Program-made: the position numbers and the translations under genes | Origin: Octopus sinensis | Taxonomy: Eukaryota | DNA: 64,000 nt | Assembly (NCBI RefSeq): GCF_006345805.1 | Contig: NC_043002.1 | Coordinates: forward strand, 86,614,001-86,678,000 | Direction: 5' to 3' | The notes under the pieces: generated by a model | What the model was told of the DNA's origin: nothing | What the model saw: the letters and a program-made list of their open reading frames with translations, nothing else | Database searches by the model: none | Shown: piece by piece, positions 38,290 to 51,338 of the stretch | Numbering within the stretch: position 1 is the first letter of the stretch | Layout of the letters: the number at the start of each line of letters is the position of its first letter

Positions 38290-39975
38290 TAAGACTTCGG
38301 ATGAGATTCCTTTTGATCCGGCATTAGACAATAGACAAATTCGGAGGGGATGATTTGACAACCGGGATTTGATCAGTGAACAGCGACATCCTTAGTAGGA
38401 TAGAATCTTGCTCTGAAGTCCAGATCCCTGTTGAATATTTTGCTGCCGCCCTCCAGGGTTTGTCCAAGCTGAAGCTCGTCAATCAGATCCCTAAGGGTGC
38501 TCGGACTTGTTTCGCCCATGTTTTCTCGAAACTACTGAAGAATGTCTGCCAATCCAACAACACCTCGGATTGGCAGAAACTCTTCCTGTTCCCTTTGGTC
38601 TCACTCCACACGACGAATGGGAAAAGTGGGTCCCTCACTTTTTCCCTGAAACGGCAGTTCGAGCTGTTCTAATCTACCTGAAACCACTGTTCATCTTAGG
38701 TCAGTCATCAGCTCAACCCCGAACAATGGTCGACCACCTTACTTGAAGAAGGCTGTTAATGCCAAATTCAGCGAATTTGACATTAAAGGGCTGTTCGCCT
38801 ACTTTCCTCTCTGTCCTCCTTGTCCCGTGTACTACAGACTCCCTCGACCAACTGAAAGAGAAACATCCTTCGGCCCCCTCCAGATGATCACTTACACTGG
38901 CCCAATCTACCAAGTTTTCTACAACCCATCTTCATCCCTGACAATGTCATGTGGGCAATTGCCTCTTTTCCAGCAGGTTCTGGTGCTAGGATCGATGGCT
39001 TACGACCTCAGCATCTCAAGGATGGTATCTCCCTGTCAGCTAGTTCGAACTCTTGGAGAATCTAACACAGTTCATAAACCTGTTCTCGTTCGAGAGTGTC
39101 TTTGCCTACATTCGTTCCCTGTTTTTTTTTTTGGGGGGGGGGTCAAACTATTTGGTCTCACCAAGCCCAACGGTGACCTCCACCCCATAGCAGTTGGTTG
39201 TACTCTGCGACGGCTCACGGCAAAAGTGTGCCTGTCCTCAGTTTCTAACTTCCTGACCGAGGAATTTTCCCCTGTTCAGCTAGGAGTGGGTACTAAGCTA
39301 GGATGTGAGGCTGCTGCTCATGCCACTAGGGCTTTCACCAACTTGCCCTCTGAGTCCCCCAAAGGTCATCCTCAAACTTGACCTTAAGAATGCTTTTAAC
39401 TACGCCAGTCGAGACGTCATCATCTGCGCAGTAAGGGAGAATTCACCACCACTTTATCACTTTGCTTGGCAAGCCTATCGGGAGACCTCCTGCCTCTCGT
39501 TTGGTGACCACTTCATCCCATCTGCCTGTGGAGTCCAACAGGGTGATCCACTTGGTCCTGCCCTATTCGCATTGGGTATTGATGATGTTACCAAGATGGG
39601 AGCCGACCTAGACCTAAATGTCTGGTACCTTGATGATGCTTGTTTGGGAGGCCCTTCTGACAAGGAGCTTGCAACTGCGCGGACGATGATCGAGGAACTT
39701 AGTCGTAGAGGTCTCGGCGTTAACAGCTCCAAATGCGAGCTCTGGCTCCTCAATCACCCAGCTTTGCATGAGCAGACTACTAAACTATTTGTTGACTCCC
39801 CTCAATTGCGATTCCTCCGTCATCAGCTTCGTGCTCCCTTGGATCCCCAATTACTGACCTAGCTCTTGAGTCCATCTTTAGATCCAAACTAGCTAACCTC
39901 GAACAACGTTTTAAAAGTCTTGAAGTGGGCCCCACCAAGGTCTTTCTACAACAGTCTCCATGGAAGAAGTAGATG
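38290..39975 (+). mobile_element. CRE-like (early-branching, RLE-type) non-LTR retrotransposon, frameshifted and 3'-truncated
   Basis: IPKGAR, HPIAVGCTLRRLTAK, QLGVGTKLGCEAAAH, LKLDLKNAFN, GVQQGDPLGPALFALGI, WYLDD, GLGVNSSKCE. Confidence 0.8.
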
Positions 39976-40689
39976 AAAGTTCTCCGGTAATTTTTTTTCA
40001 TGTAAATAAATGTTTCTGTTAATTTAAAAATTTGCCAGCAAAATCTTATGAAATGACAATGTTCTAAAAGATGTACATGTTTATATGTTATGTATGGAAA
40101 TAAAAAGTTTTCCCAGGCATTTATGCATCATATGTGATACACATATCCAGTTTTTTTTTTCAACCCATACAGTAACATGGAACTTCTATTACTCAGAACA
40201 TATGAAACAAGAGCTAACGAAAAATCTGAAAACAAGTATAGACGCTTTGGACAGGCAAAAGGTCAAAATAAGATTTTTTAAAAATGGATACACGATGTCT
40301 AAAAAAAAAGACAGAAAGGTCTTGGATAGATCAGCTTTGATCGTAGATGTTTGTGGGCCGAACGGAAGTCAAACAAGCAATAATAATAGTAAAGAGAGTG
40401 TTTTAACTGTTGAAATATTTCTTTCTACACCATGCACAAGACCTAATTTTTTGTGGGGGAGGAGGCAAAGGCGGAGTGGGGGCAGTCGATTACGTCGACC
40501 TCAGTGGTCTGCTGGTACTTATTTTACAAACCCCAAAAGGATGAAAGGCGAAGTTTGACCTAGGCAAGATTTGAACACAGGACATAAAGCCATAAAAGAA
40601 AGCCGCTATGCGTTTTGCGGTGTGCTGACGAATTTGCCAACTTGCAGCCTTAACTATTGAAATATTGATACACAATAAATATATATTTT

Positions 40690-41193
40690 GGATCTTTTCG
40701 GTTTGAACGGCAGTTTTTAACATAATTTCTAGGTAACTAAAAAATTTTAAACTTCGTATACTGGTAGAATGTGTTTATAAAACATCTTTTTCTCTTGGCT
40801 TTATTGAGAAAATTCTATAGGTTGTAAGATATTTGTTGTTTTTTTGCTTCAATTTCTGCAATTTCAACCAATCAATGACGTGTATTGTGGTAAAAAAACA
40901 TATCTCTTTTTCTTCACAAATGTAAATAAACCCAATTTGTTTCTTAAACGAGGGACATATTCATAGAGCACAGCATGTTTTTTTTTTTTTACCTCAATGG
41001 ACGTCAGTGATTGGTTGAAATTGCAGAAATTGAAGAAAAAAAAACAACAAATATCTTACAAACTATAGAATTTTCTCAATAAAGCCAAGAGAAAAAGATA
41101 TTTTATAAACACATTCTACCAGTATACGAAGTTTAAAATTTTTTAGTTACCTAGAAATTATGTTAAAAACTGCCGTTCAAACCGAAAAGATCC
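40690..41193. mobile_element. hAT-type MITE, copy F, rearranged as a head-to-head foldback of two left arms
   Basis: 40690-40900 forward left arm; 40901-41193 reverse-complement left arm; no right-end or CCCTAA segment and no matching TSD. Confidence 0.85.
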
Positions 41194-41949
41194 GGGTTAA
41201 CCCGGATCTTTTCGGAAAGATCCAACCCAGGGCGGTGAGTGGGGCGAACCGTTAGTATCGGATGGGATACTTTGGGATAACTGTTTCATCCCTTTGCGTT
41301 CTAACGGCAGTACCAGCGATTATACTGATTGTCTTCCTTTGTACCAACCTCCACTGGTGTCTTGGAGAAGGGAGATCTGTATACACGGGTAAACTGCTGG
41401 CCTTCTACCCCAACATTATAGGTGCAGATACAAGATCAAGCTTGATCGGCGGAGGCCCTAAAAGAAAAACAATCATGTTTTTACACTCCAATTAAAGGGA
41501 GGCCTTGATGGATGCAATTAATAGGATTAAGGAATAAAGAAAGCTAAACATCAAGTCTTCGGTGACCAAGAATGCTAATAGCGACAAAAAAAAAAAAAAG
41601 GTTCTTAGTTCTCAAACTATTTACTCTGCTTTATGTGCTATTTTATTCTATTTTATACACAGCCAATACCAACATGCTTTAATTTTACTGTTTATTCTTT
41701 CTTTACACTTTTATCATTTGTAAAACTAAACAAGTGTAGCGTGTGTGTGTGGGTGCGTGCGTGCGTGGGATTTGCGAACTTTTATTGTTTTAGAAAAAAA
41801 TTGAGGGTAAGTGCTCAATGCGTATGTGGAGTTTGAATATTTCATGAAAGTTTGATGTTTCTTGAATTGTAACTGATTTTCACATTGCTAATTATTCAAA
41901 TAATTTTTAAAATAAGCTTTAGCTTGCACACACAAATGTACACTGCCAC

Positions 41950-42116
41950 TATTATATATATATATATATATGTGTGTGTGTTGTGTGTGTAGCTATATAT
42001 AATATATGTGTGTGTGTGTGTAGCTATATATATATGTGTGTGTGTGTGTGTAGCTATATATATATATGTGTGTGTGTGTGTGTAGCTATATATATATATG
42101 TGTGTGTGTGTGTAGC

Positions 42117-42147
<31 letters not shown>

Positions 42148-42279
42148 AGCTATATATATATGTGTGTGTGTGTGTAGCTATATATATATGTGTGTGTGTG
42201 TAGCTACATATATGTGTGTGTGTAGCTATATATATGTGTGTGTGTAGCTATATATATGTGTGTGTGTAGCTATATATAT
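41950..42279. repeat. Compound minisatellite (GT)nAGC(TA)n, about 13 units
   Basis: Repeated gtgtgtgtagctatatatat. Confidence 0.9.
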
Positions 42280-45200
42280 CATCATCATCATCATTTAGCG
42301 TCCGTTTTCCATGCTAGCATGGGTTGGACGGTTCAACTGGGGTCTGGGGAGCCCGAAGGCTGCACCAGGCCAGTCAGATCTGGCAGTGTTTCTACAGCTG
42401 GATGCCCTTCCTAACGCCAACCACTCGAGAGTGTAGTGGGTGATTTTATGTGCCACCGACACAGGTGCCAGACGAGGCTGGCGAACGGCCACGCTCGGAT
42501 GGTGGTTTTTTATGTGCCACCGACACAGGTGCAGACGAGGCTGGCAGACGGCCACGCTCGGATGGTGTTTTTATGTGCCACCGACACAGGTGCCAGATGA
42601 GGCTGGCAGGTGCCAGACGAGGCTGGCAGACGGCCACGCTCGGATGGTGTTTTTATGTGCCACCGACACAGGTGCCAGATGAGGCTGGCGGACGGCCACG
42701 ATCGGATGGTGTTGTTACGTCCCCAAAGCACGGAGGCCAGTTATGCGGTACTGGCTACGGCCACGTTCGGATGATTTTCTTGTGTGCCACCGGCACTGGT
42801 ACCACAAAGATACAAATTCCATTTATGTTCATCTATTTTGATTTGTTTTTTTGATTTGATTGATTTTCACTTGCCTCAACAGGTCTTCACAAGTGTCACT
42901 TGCCTCAACAGGTCTTCACAAGTGTCACAGAAGGAAGGTATGCACAGGTGGACTGTCTACGTCGCCGGGTCTTCGGATGGTTGTCTTTATGTGCCACCGA
43001 CACAGGTGCCAGATGTGGCTGGCGAACGGCCACGCCCACGATCGGATGGTTTTCTTGTGTGCCACCGGTACTGGAACCACAAAGATACAAATTCCATTGA
43101 TGTTCATCTATTTTGATTTGGTTTGATTTTGATTTTCACTTGCCTCAACAGGTCTTCACAAGTGTCACGCGTGTCACACACTTGCCTCAACAGGTCTCCA
43201 CAAGTGTCACGCGTGTCACACACTTGCCTCTGCCCAACAGGTCTTACAAAGTGTCACACACTTGCCTCTGCCTCAACAGGTCTTCACAAGTGTCATAAGA
43301 GGGAAGGTATGCACAGGTGGACTGACTACGTCGCCGGGTCTTTGGATGGTGTTTTTATGTGCCACCGACACAGGTGCCAGGTGAGGCTGGCGAACGGCCA
43401 CGATCAGATGGTGTTTGTTGTGCCCACAGCACGGAGGCCAGTCGATGCGGTACCAGCTACGGCCACTCGGATGGTTTTCTTGTGTCCCCGTACTGGAACC
43501 ACAAAGATACAAATTCCATTGATATTCATCTATTTTGATTTGGTTTGATTTTCACTTGCCTCAACAGGTCTTCACAAGTGTCACACACTTGCCTCAACAG
43601 GTCTTCACAAGTGTCATAAGAGGGAAGGTATGCACAGGTGGACTGACTACGTCGCCGGGTCTTCGGATGGTGTCTTTATGTGCCACCGGCACAGGTGACC
43701 AGATGAGGCTGGCGAACGGCCACGATCGGATGGTGTTTGTTGTGCCCACAGCACGGAGGCCAGTCGATGCGGTACTGGTTACGGCCACGTTTGGGTGGTT
43801 CTTGTGTGCCACCGGCACTGGTACCACAAAGAATACAATTCCACTGATGTTCATCTATTTTGATTTGTTTTGATTTGATTTGATTTTCACTTGCCTCAAC
43901 AGGTCTTCATAAGTGTCACAGAAGGAAGGTATGCACAGGACTGACTACGTCCCAGGTCGGGGCCACGGGTTATGGCCTGACTAGTCTTGCCGGGTCTTCT
44001 CATGCACAGCATACTTCCATAGGTCTCGGTCTCTAGACATTTCTTAGTGAGACCTAAAGTTCGAAGGTCGTGCTTCACCACCTCGTCCAGGTTTTCCTGG
44101 GTCTACCTCTTCCACAGGTTCCCTCCACTGCTAGGGGGTGTAGCACTTTTGCACACAACTATCTTCAGCCTTTCTTGTCACATGACCATACCAGCGCAGC
44201 CGTCTCTCTTGCACGCCACAACTGACGCTTCTTAGGTTCAGCTTTTCTCTCAGGAACTTACACTCTGACGATTATGAACACTGACATTACACATCCATCG
44301 GAGCTACTGGCTTCATTTCTTGCGAGCTTACGCATATCCTCAGCAGTCACGGCCCATGTTTCACTACCATGTAGCATGGCTGTACGTACACATGCATCAT
44401 ACAGTCTGCCCTTTACTCTGAGCGAGAGGCCTTTTGTCACCAGCAGGGGTAAGAGCTCTCTAAACTTTGCCCAGGCTATTCTTACTCTAGCAGTTACACT
44501 TTCAGCACACCACCCCCGCTAATGACTTGGTCTCCTAGGTAGCGGAAGCTATCAACTACTTCTAGTTTGTCTCCCTGGAACGTGGCAGAAGTTGGTCTCT
44601 GCATATTTCCAGTGTTTATTGCTCCAGAGCATTGCCACAGACAAAAACTATTTTCCTAGTTAGCCTTTCTTTGACATTGCTGCACCTCTTATGTGTCCAT
44701 AGCTTACACTTGGTGCATCTTATAGAGTTTCTACCTACACCTTTTTTACAGATCGAGCAGGGCATCTACCTGAAGGCGTTTGGATTGATCTACCTTCCTA
44801 CTTATTAGAACTTTGGTTTTGGCTAGGTTGATTCTAAGGCCCTTCGATTCTAATCCTTGTTTCACACCTGGAACTTCTCCTCCAGTTCTGATAGTGACTC
44901 AGCAATTAGAGCAAGGTCATCAGCATAGAGGAGCTCCCAGGGGCAACCTGTCTTGAATTCCTCCGTTATTGCCTGGAGGACTATGATAAATAGGAGGGGA
45001 CTGAGGACTGAACCTTGGTGGACCCCAACCTCTACCCGGAATTCTTCACTGTACTCGTTGCCCACCCTCACCTTACTAGCAGCGTCTCTGTACATGGCTT
45101 GCACAGCTCTCACCAACCATTCTTCTATCCCTAGTTTCCTCATTGACCACCAGATAAGGGACCGGGGGACCTGTCAAAGGCTTTCTCCAAGTCAACAAAA

Positions 45201-46975
45201 GCCAGGTACAAGGGCTTATCTTTGGCTAGGTATTTCTCCTGCAGCTGTCTTACCAGGAATATAGCATCAGTAGTACTTTTCCCTGGCACGAACCCAAACT
45301 GCATATCATCTAAGGTAACTCTCTCTCTAATTAGTGGGCTACAACCCTCTCCGTAACCTTCATTACCTGATCCAGCAGCTTGATGCCCCTGTAGTTATTT
45401 GTCTCTAGGGCGTCGCCTTTACCTTTGTAGCAGTTGACTATTATGCTGCTACACCAGTCATTGGGTATGACCCCCTCGTGTATCACTGGTTAACTATACG
45501 GGTGACTAAGCTATAGCCGACACCACCAGATATTTTGAGCATCTCTGCAGTAATTCTGATGGGCCTGGGGCTTTCCTGTTTTCATGCTTCTAATTGCCTT
45601 ATCTACTAAGGAACTGTTAACTCGGATTGCTGGTCCCTCTGTTGGGTCGACATTCGGCAGACTCTCTTTATCCCATTCATTTTCTTCATTCAACAACCTA
45701 TCATAGTGGCGTCTCCAAGTCTCTCTCTTTGCACCCTCATTAAGTGCAAGTGAACCGTCCTCCTTGCGAACACATTTCTCTCCTACCACGTCACGATTCT
45801 CTCTCACACACTGTCTTGCAACACGAAATACCTCAAGTCTTCATCCTCACGACGCAGGACATTGGCAAATTTTTCCTTCTCTGCTTCCCCTCTGGCTAGA
45901 TAGACCTGTCTCCTGGCTTCCCTTCTGGCAGACTGAACACTTCCCTGCTACCACCGTTCTTCCAGGCCTTCCAAGCCTGTTCTTTTGTCTAATAGCCCTG
46001 TCAACAATATTGTTCCACCACCACGTTATTTTGGGTCTTAAGGGGACTTTGCACCAGCCACAGATCTGGTCAGCGGCTTTCAGCAGGTTGTCCCTCAGAA
46101 GTGTCCAGTTGTCTTCTACCCCATGCGTAGCTATACTCCCTTCCATTTCGTCTAAAGCTTCAAATAAAATATCTCTAAATCTCTGTCCATTCGCAGGGTC
46201 TTTAAGCTTCCAGACCCTTCTTCTCCATGTTGGTCGTCTTCTAGTCGCCCTCTTAGTCCTGATCCTAAAGTCACTAACTACCAGTCTATGTTGTGGGGTG
46301 CATTCTTCACTTGGGAAGGTTTTGGCATTTATAGCAGCCATCTTTCCCTTTTTCTGGCAAGGATATAGTCGATTTGGCTAGTATGCCGGCCCGATCGGTA
46401 GGTGACCAGGTGGCTTGTCGGTTTCTGAAGTTAGTGTTGCAAATCATAAGACTATTCGCATCGCAGAACTCCAGCAGCCTGGTTCCCTCCTCGTTGCGGG
46501 AACCATAACCGTAGCCTCCATGCACGCCATGGAAGCCCCCAGCACGTCGTCCAACATGCCCATTGAAGTCACCAGCCACAAAGAGAAGGTCCCTGTCGTT
46601 CGTCAATGATGTGGTCTGCAGTAGGGTGTCATAGAAACAGTCTTTCTGTCCATCAGGTAGCCCTGGCTGAGGGGGCATAGGCCGATATAATAGTTGCTAA
46701 ACTATGTGGAGCACTAATCTAATCTTAATTATTCTGTCACTTACTCTGACTACCTCGATTACCTTATCTACCCATTTTTCGGCGATAACATGCCCACACC
46801 CCCGACTCCGTCAGTATTCCCAGCCCAGAAAATCTTGTACCTCTGTCCTTTGCCTGTGAGGAACCTAGCAGAACCTCCTCTCCACCTCACTTCTTGAATG
46901 CAGCATATATCAACCCACCTCCGTTCAAGCAATTCAACTATCTCGCCAGATCTGCCTTTCAGTGTGCCTAATATG
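42280..46975 (-). mobile_element. Near full-length RTE-clade LINE (APE endonuclease and RT, frameshifted) with expanded 3'UTR
   Basis: NIGTLKGRSGEIVELLER, LFVAGDFNGHVG, GVHQGSVLSPLLF, LYADDLAL, GRGRPRKTW; (GAT)n tail at 42280. Confidence 0.95.
42445..43890. repeat. Hierarchical tandem array inside the RTE 3'UTR
   Basis: About 4 copies of a 60-bp unit, then about 3 copies of a 270-415-bp unit containing tandem about 30-bp cacttgcctcaacaggtcttcacaagtg hairpins. Confidence 0.9.
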
Positions 46976-47153
46976 CATATATATATATATATATATATAT
47001 GGTGTGTGTGTGTGTAGCTATATATATATATATATATATATATATAATGTGTGTGTGTGTAGCTTATATATATATATATAATATATTATATATATGTGTG
47101 TGTGGGTAGCTATATATATAATATATATAATATTATATGTGTGTGTGTGTAGC

Positions 47154-47192
<39 letters not shown>

Positions 47193-47194
47193 AG

Positions 47195-47234
<40 letters not shown>

Positions 47235-47295
47235 TTATATATATATGTGTGTTAGCTATATATATATAATATATATATATTATATGTGTGTGTAG

Positions 47296-47336
<41 letters not shown>

Positions 47337-47342
47337 TATATG
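46976..47342. repeat. Compound minisatellite (GT)nAGC(TA)n
   Basis: Same unit as 41950-42279. Confidence 0.9.
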
Positions 47343-48233
47343 AGGAAAGAGAGAGAATGGGGAATATGAAAATTCCACACAAATGAGGAATAAACTAGCT
47401 ATAAAAAGGAATAAAAATCAAGCGACAAGAAACATGAAATATGAGAATTGTATCAGTCATCAAGGAGAGGCCGTTCACACGAGTTATATAAGATGTGATG
47501 CAACAAGTTTTCGAAAGCAACAAGACTTCCAGGCCAGAATACAATATAGATAAGAATCCGTTTAAAGCCCAAACTTTCAAGTTGTAAACAACCAACAAAT
47601 AGAAATTTAGTAAATACTGTATGAGTAATAACAATTTTATACGTTTGTAAGTGGAAAGCATCTACGCAGTCGATTCTTTAACAAGAATTAGTTACCAAAT
47701 CTTCCTCAAATCACATCCTACTCGCCTTAAAAATGGATATAATGGACAGTGATATACAAAAATATGGGATGGTCTTAGATGGAATGTTTTTGATTACAGA
47801 TCTGTTAAATCAGTGCTGACTTAGGGCTAAACAACTGGAAAAGATTTAGTCAAATAAATTGGGGGTTATCAGGCCATGCTGCGCAGTTATAAATAAATAA
47901 TGTAATAAGATAAAATCGAAGGCACAAAGTTGACATAACGGTCTACTTTTCGCTGTGAATGATAATAGTTATTTAATATACGAACATATAACCTAAGATG
48001 AAAATAAAAATGCGACGGTTATAACTTTCTCATTGCTAGTAACAACGTTCGATCTGGATTTTGTTCATGGTGTTAATAAAACAAGAGTAACCCTTTTTGA
48101 GTAGCAGAGCAGACCTTATGACCTTGCTCTTCGTATATTGGGTCATCACACTAAAAGAATAATTTAGCAGCTATCGTAAGTTGTACAGAGTACACCATAA
48201 ATTACATTAATTATTATAGCATATATATATATA

Positions 48234-48736
48234 CGGCAGTCTTTAACAAGGACTTGAGACGTATGTATATGCCGACGAATCGAAACCCAAGTTGTGGAAC
48301 GGCCTGGTGTACTAAGTTCCAGTAAGCGTAATTCCATATTGTTTAAATAGTTATTAAAATAATCACCATTAAGCAAATCATTAAAAAAAATCCGAAAGAA
48401 ACGAAACTGTTCAAATTTAAAAGACTCGCACCTCAAGATTCTGAAGAAATTTTAGCAAAATGTAACATTTATTATAATTACTAGTGCCTTACAAAATATC
48501 ATAACAGACCGTAGGTCTTCCATGCCTGATGTAAATAAACTACATGCATGATATACATACATGTGTAATGTACCCAAGGCTTATTATGTATCGTAAATGT
48601 GTACAGTTTATTTTAATAACTATTTAAACAGTATGGAATTACGCTTACTGGAACTTAGTACACCAGGCCGTTCCACAACTAGGGTTTCGATTCGTAGGCA
48701 CATATACACGTCTCAAGTCCTTGTTAAGGACTGCCT
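48234..48736. mobile_element. MITE with about 128-bp TIRs, TA-flanked
   Basis: ggcagtctttaacaaggacttgagacg...ttattaaaataa and its inverse ending gactgcc-ttata. Confidence 0.8.
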
Positions 48737-49374
48737 TATATAAATATAAGGTTTTGCGGCAAGGCACGAAAAACCAATGTTTGGAGTTGGTATTTGTAAA
48801 ATTAACTGAGGTAGTTTTAGTAACGAAATTAAAATATTAGCGTTGAGAACATTAACAATGCATATTTTAATAAAAGTCATCGAAGTATTGTAGGAAACGG
48901 ACCTACTTTCAAAATATATTAAACAAATAATACACAAGACTAGAGGGGGGCAAATACCTACCTTTTGGACCTAAACTTGAACAATACATGACTGGACAAC
49001 CGATATAACGCATCCTGACCAATTTAAAAAGAAACCCACATGCATGCTTATTTATCTTTAACAGTTCCATAACATGTTTTCCTGTTCCGTTGCGACTAAA
49101 CACTTAACATTCTGCATTCAAGTATTCAACTTTTGAGATATCCAACTTAATCAAGAAACAGATTTCTTAATAAATTCATTTGGAGTTATCTCCCTTTAAT
49201 AGTACTTTATACTCCACTTGTACACGTTATAAGAGGGTGACTTGGCAGAGTTGTTAAAGTTGTGAGAGAGTGAGGCTTCTCTTACACTATGAGTTCATAT
49301 CATGCAGATGCCAGCTTTGGTTTCCATCCTTTCAGAATCGATAAATAAAGTACCAGTCAAGTACTGGAATCATT

Positions 49375-49474
49375 NNNNNNNNNNNNNNNNNNNNNNNNNN
49401 NNNNNNNNNNNNNNNNNNNNNNNNNNNNNNNNNNNNNNNNNNNNNNNNNNNNNNNNNNNNNNNNNNNNNNNNNN
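49375..49474. other. Assembly gap (100 N)
   Basis: Run of n. Confidence 1.
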
Positions 49475-49830
49475 ATAATGACACATATAAATGACAAACC
49501 AATAATTTATTCATATTATAACATAATACTATAATACATATATGTAATACATCATACTATGAATATGATGTAATATAATACAACATAACAATTATTTAAA
49601 AAACTAAAAAAGCTAACAATTTGTTTCGACTTATATATATTTTTTTATATATAACCAATTGTGGTATTCAACCATCGTACCAATGAATTGGATGCTTTAC
49701 ACATCCCTTTGAAGGAATGTTTTCCTTTGTTTGTTATCTTATATTTATATACATACATATATATGTATATATGTACATATATATATATTATATATATATA
49801 CACATACACATGTATAATATATATATACAT

Positions 49831-50574
49831 AGGGAACCTGTGGAAGAGGCAGACCCAGGAAAACCTGGGACGAGGTGGTGGAAGCACGACCTTCGAACTT
49901 TAGGTCTCACTGAGGAAATGACTAGAGACCGAGACCTCTGGAAGTGTGCTGTGCGCGAGAAGACCCGGCAGGACAAGTGAGCACAAACCCGTGGCCTTCT
50001 ACATGGGATGGAGCCAGCCTACGTATGCATACCTTCCCTTCTTGGGACACAAAACTCTACTTGTGAAGACGTGTTGAGGCAAGTGAGGATCAGAATCGAA
50101 ATCGATCAATGGAATTGCGGATGTGCTACCAGTGCGGTGGCATGTCGAAACTCTGCTTGTGAAGACCCATTGAGGGAAGTGAGGATCAGAATCGAAATCG
50201 ATCAATGGAATCGATCAATGGAAATTGCAGATGTGTTACCAGTGCCGGTGGCATGTAAGAGAACTTTCCGTTCGCGGACCGTTGCCAGCACCGCCCCGTT
50301 TCGTGTCCGTTGCCAGCCTCGCCTGGCCCTCGTGCCGGTGGCACATAAAAAGCACCATCCGTTCGTGGCCGTTTGCCAGCTCTGTCTGGCACCAGTGCGG
50401 GTGGCACGTAAAAAGCACCCACTACACTCACGGAGTGGTTGGTGTTAGGAAGGGCATCCAGCCGTAGAAACACTGCCAGATTTGACTGGGCCTGATGAAG
50501 CCTTCTGGCTTCACAGACCCCAGTAGAACCGTCCAACCCATGCTAGCATGGAAAACGGACGCTAAATGATGAAG

Positions 50575-50576
<2 letters not shown>
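49831..50576 (+). mobile_element. 5'-truncated RTE LINE (ORF end and 3'UTR)
   Basis: RGRPRKTWDEVVKHDLRTLGL-type end; 3'UTR with a duplicated module; tail. Confidence 0.85.
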
Positions 50577-50666
<90 letters not shown>

Positions 50667-50972
50667 CACTTACACACATATATATATATATATAAACATA
50701 CATATATATGTGTGTATTATATATATATATATTATATATATATATATATATATGATATATATAGTGAGAGAGAGAGAGAGATATGATATAACTATGTTTA
50801 TTTACATATGTATCAGTGGATCCTCTCTAACCCATGCCAGCATGGGACATGGACATCAGATGTCAATCACTCACACACACACAAACATAATGCATATATA
50901 CATGTATGTATGTGTGTGTGTACATATACATATTCATGTAGTTCATGAGTATGTAAATACATATAAATGTTT

Positions 50973-51012
<40 letters not shown>

Positions 51013-51152
51013 AGTGTGTTTGCATGTATATGCATACATATATATATATATACATTATACATACATACATGCATACATACACACACATACATACATGCAT
51101 GTAAATACTCATACACACATATATACAAGACACACCAACTTACACACACAAG

Positions 51153-51209
<57 letters not shown>

Positions 51210-51338
51210 ATATAGAATATCTACTTCACAAGTGTCCTGTAAGTTTTGTGTAATGTAGCTAGGTCTGTATTTTATCGCCCATTCACAGGTTTCCTGAATT
51301 AGCCATTGCTTGAATTGTAGTCAGTAGCAATGACTTAC

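Noticed and set aside
40085-40558. 157-aa plus-strand ORF
   Set aside because: Its C-terminal third is an antisense SINE; no recognisable domain or convincing splice pair.
42868-43920. CRISPR-like array of about 30-bp palindromic repeats
   Set aside because: The spacers are themselves repeated or absent, spacing is irregular, the context is a eukaryotic RTE 3'UTR, and there are no cas genes.
50040-50220. Hammerhead ribozyme in the RTE 3'UTR hairpins (gTGAAGA...CAA; gTGAGGA...GAAAtcgatc)
   Set aside because: The invariant C3 is missing in both; the first lacks GAAA and the second lacks a proper stem II and stem I.
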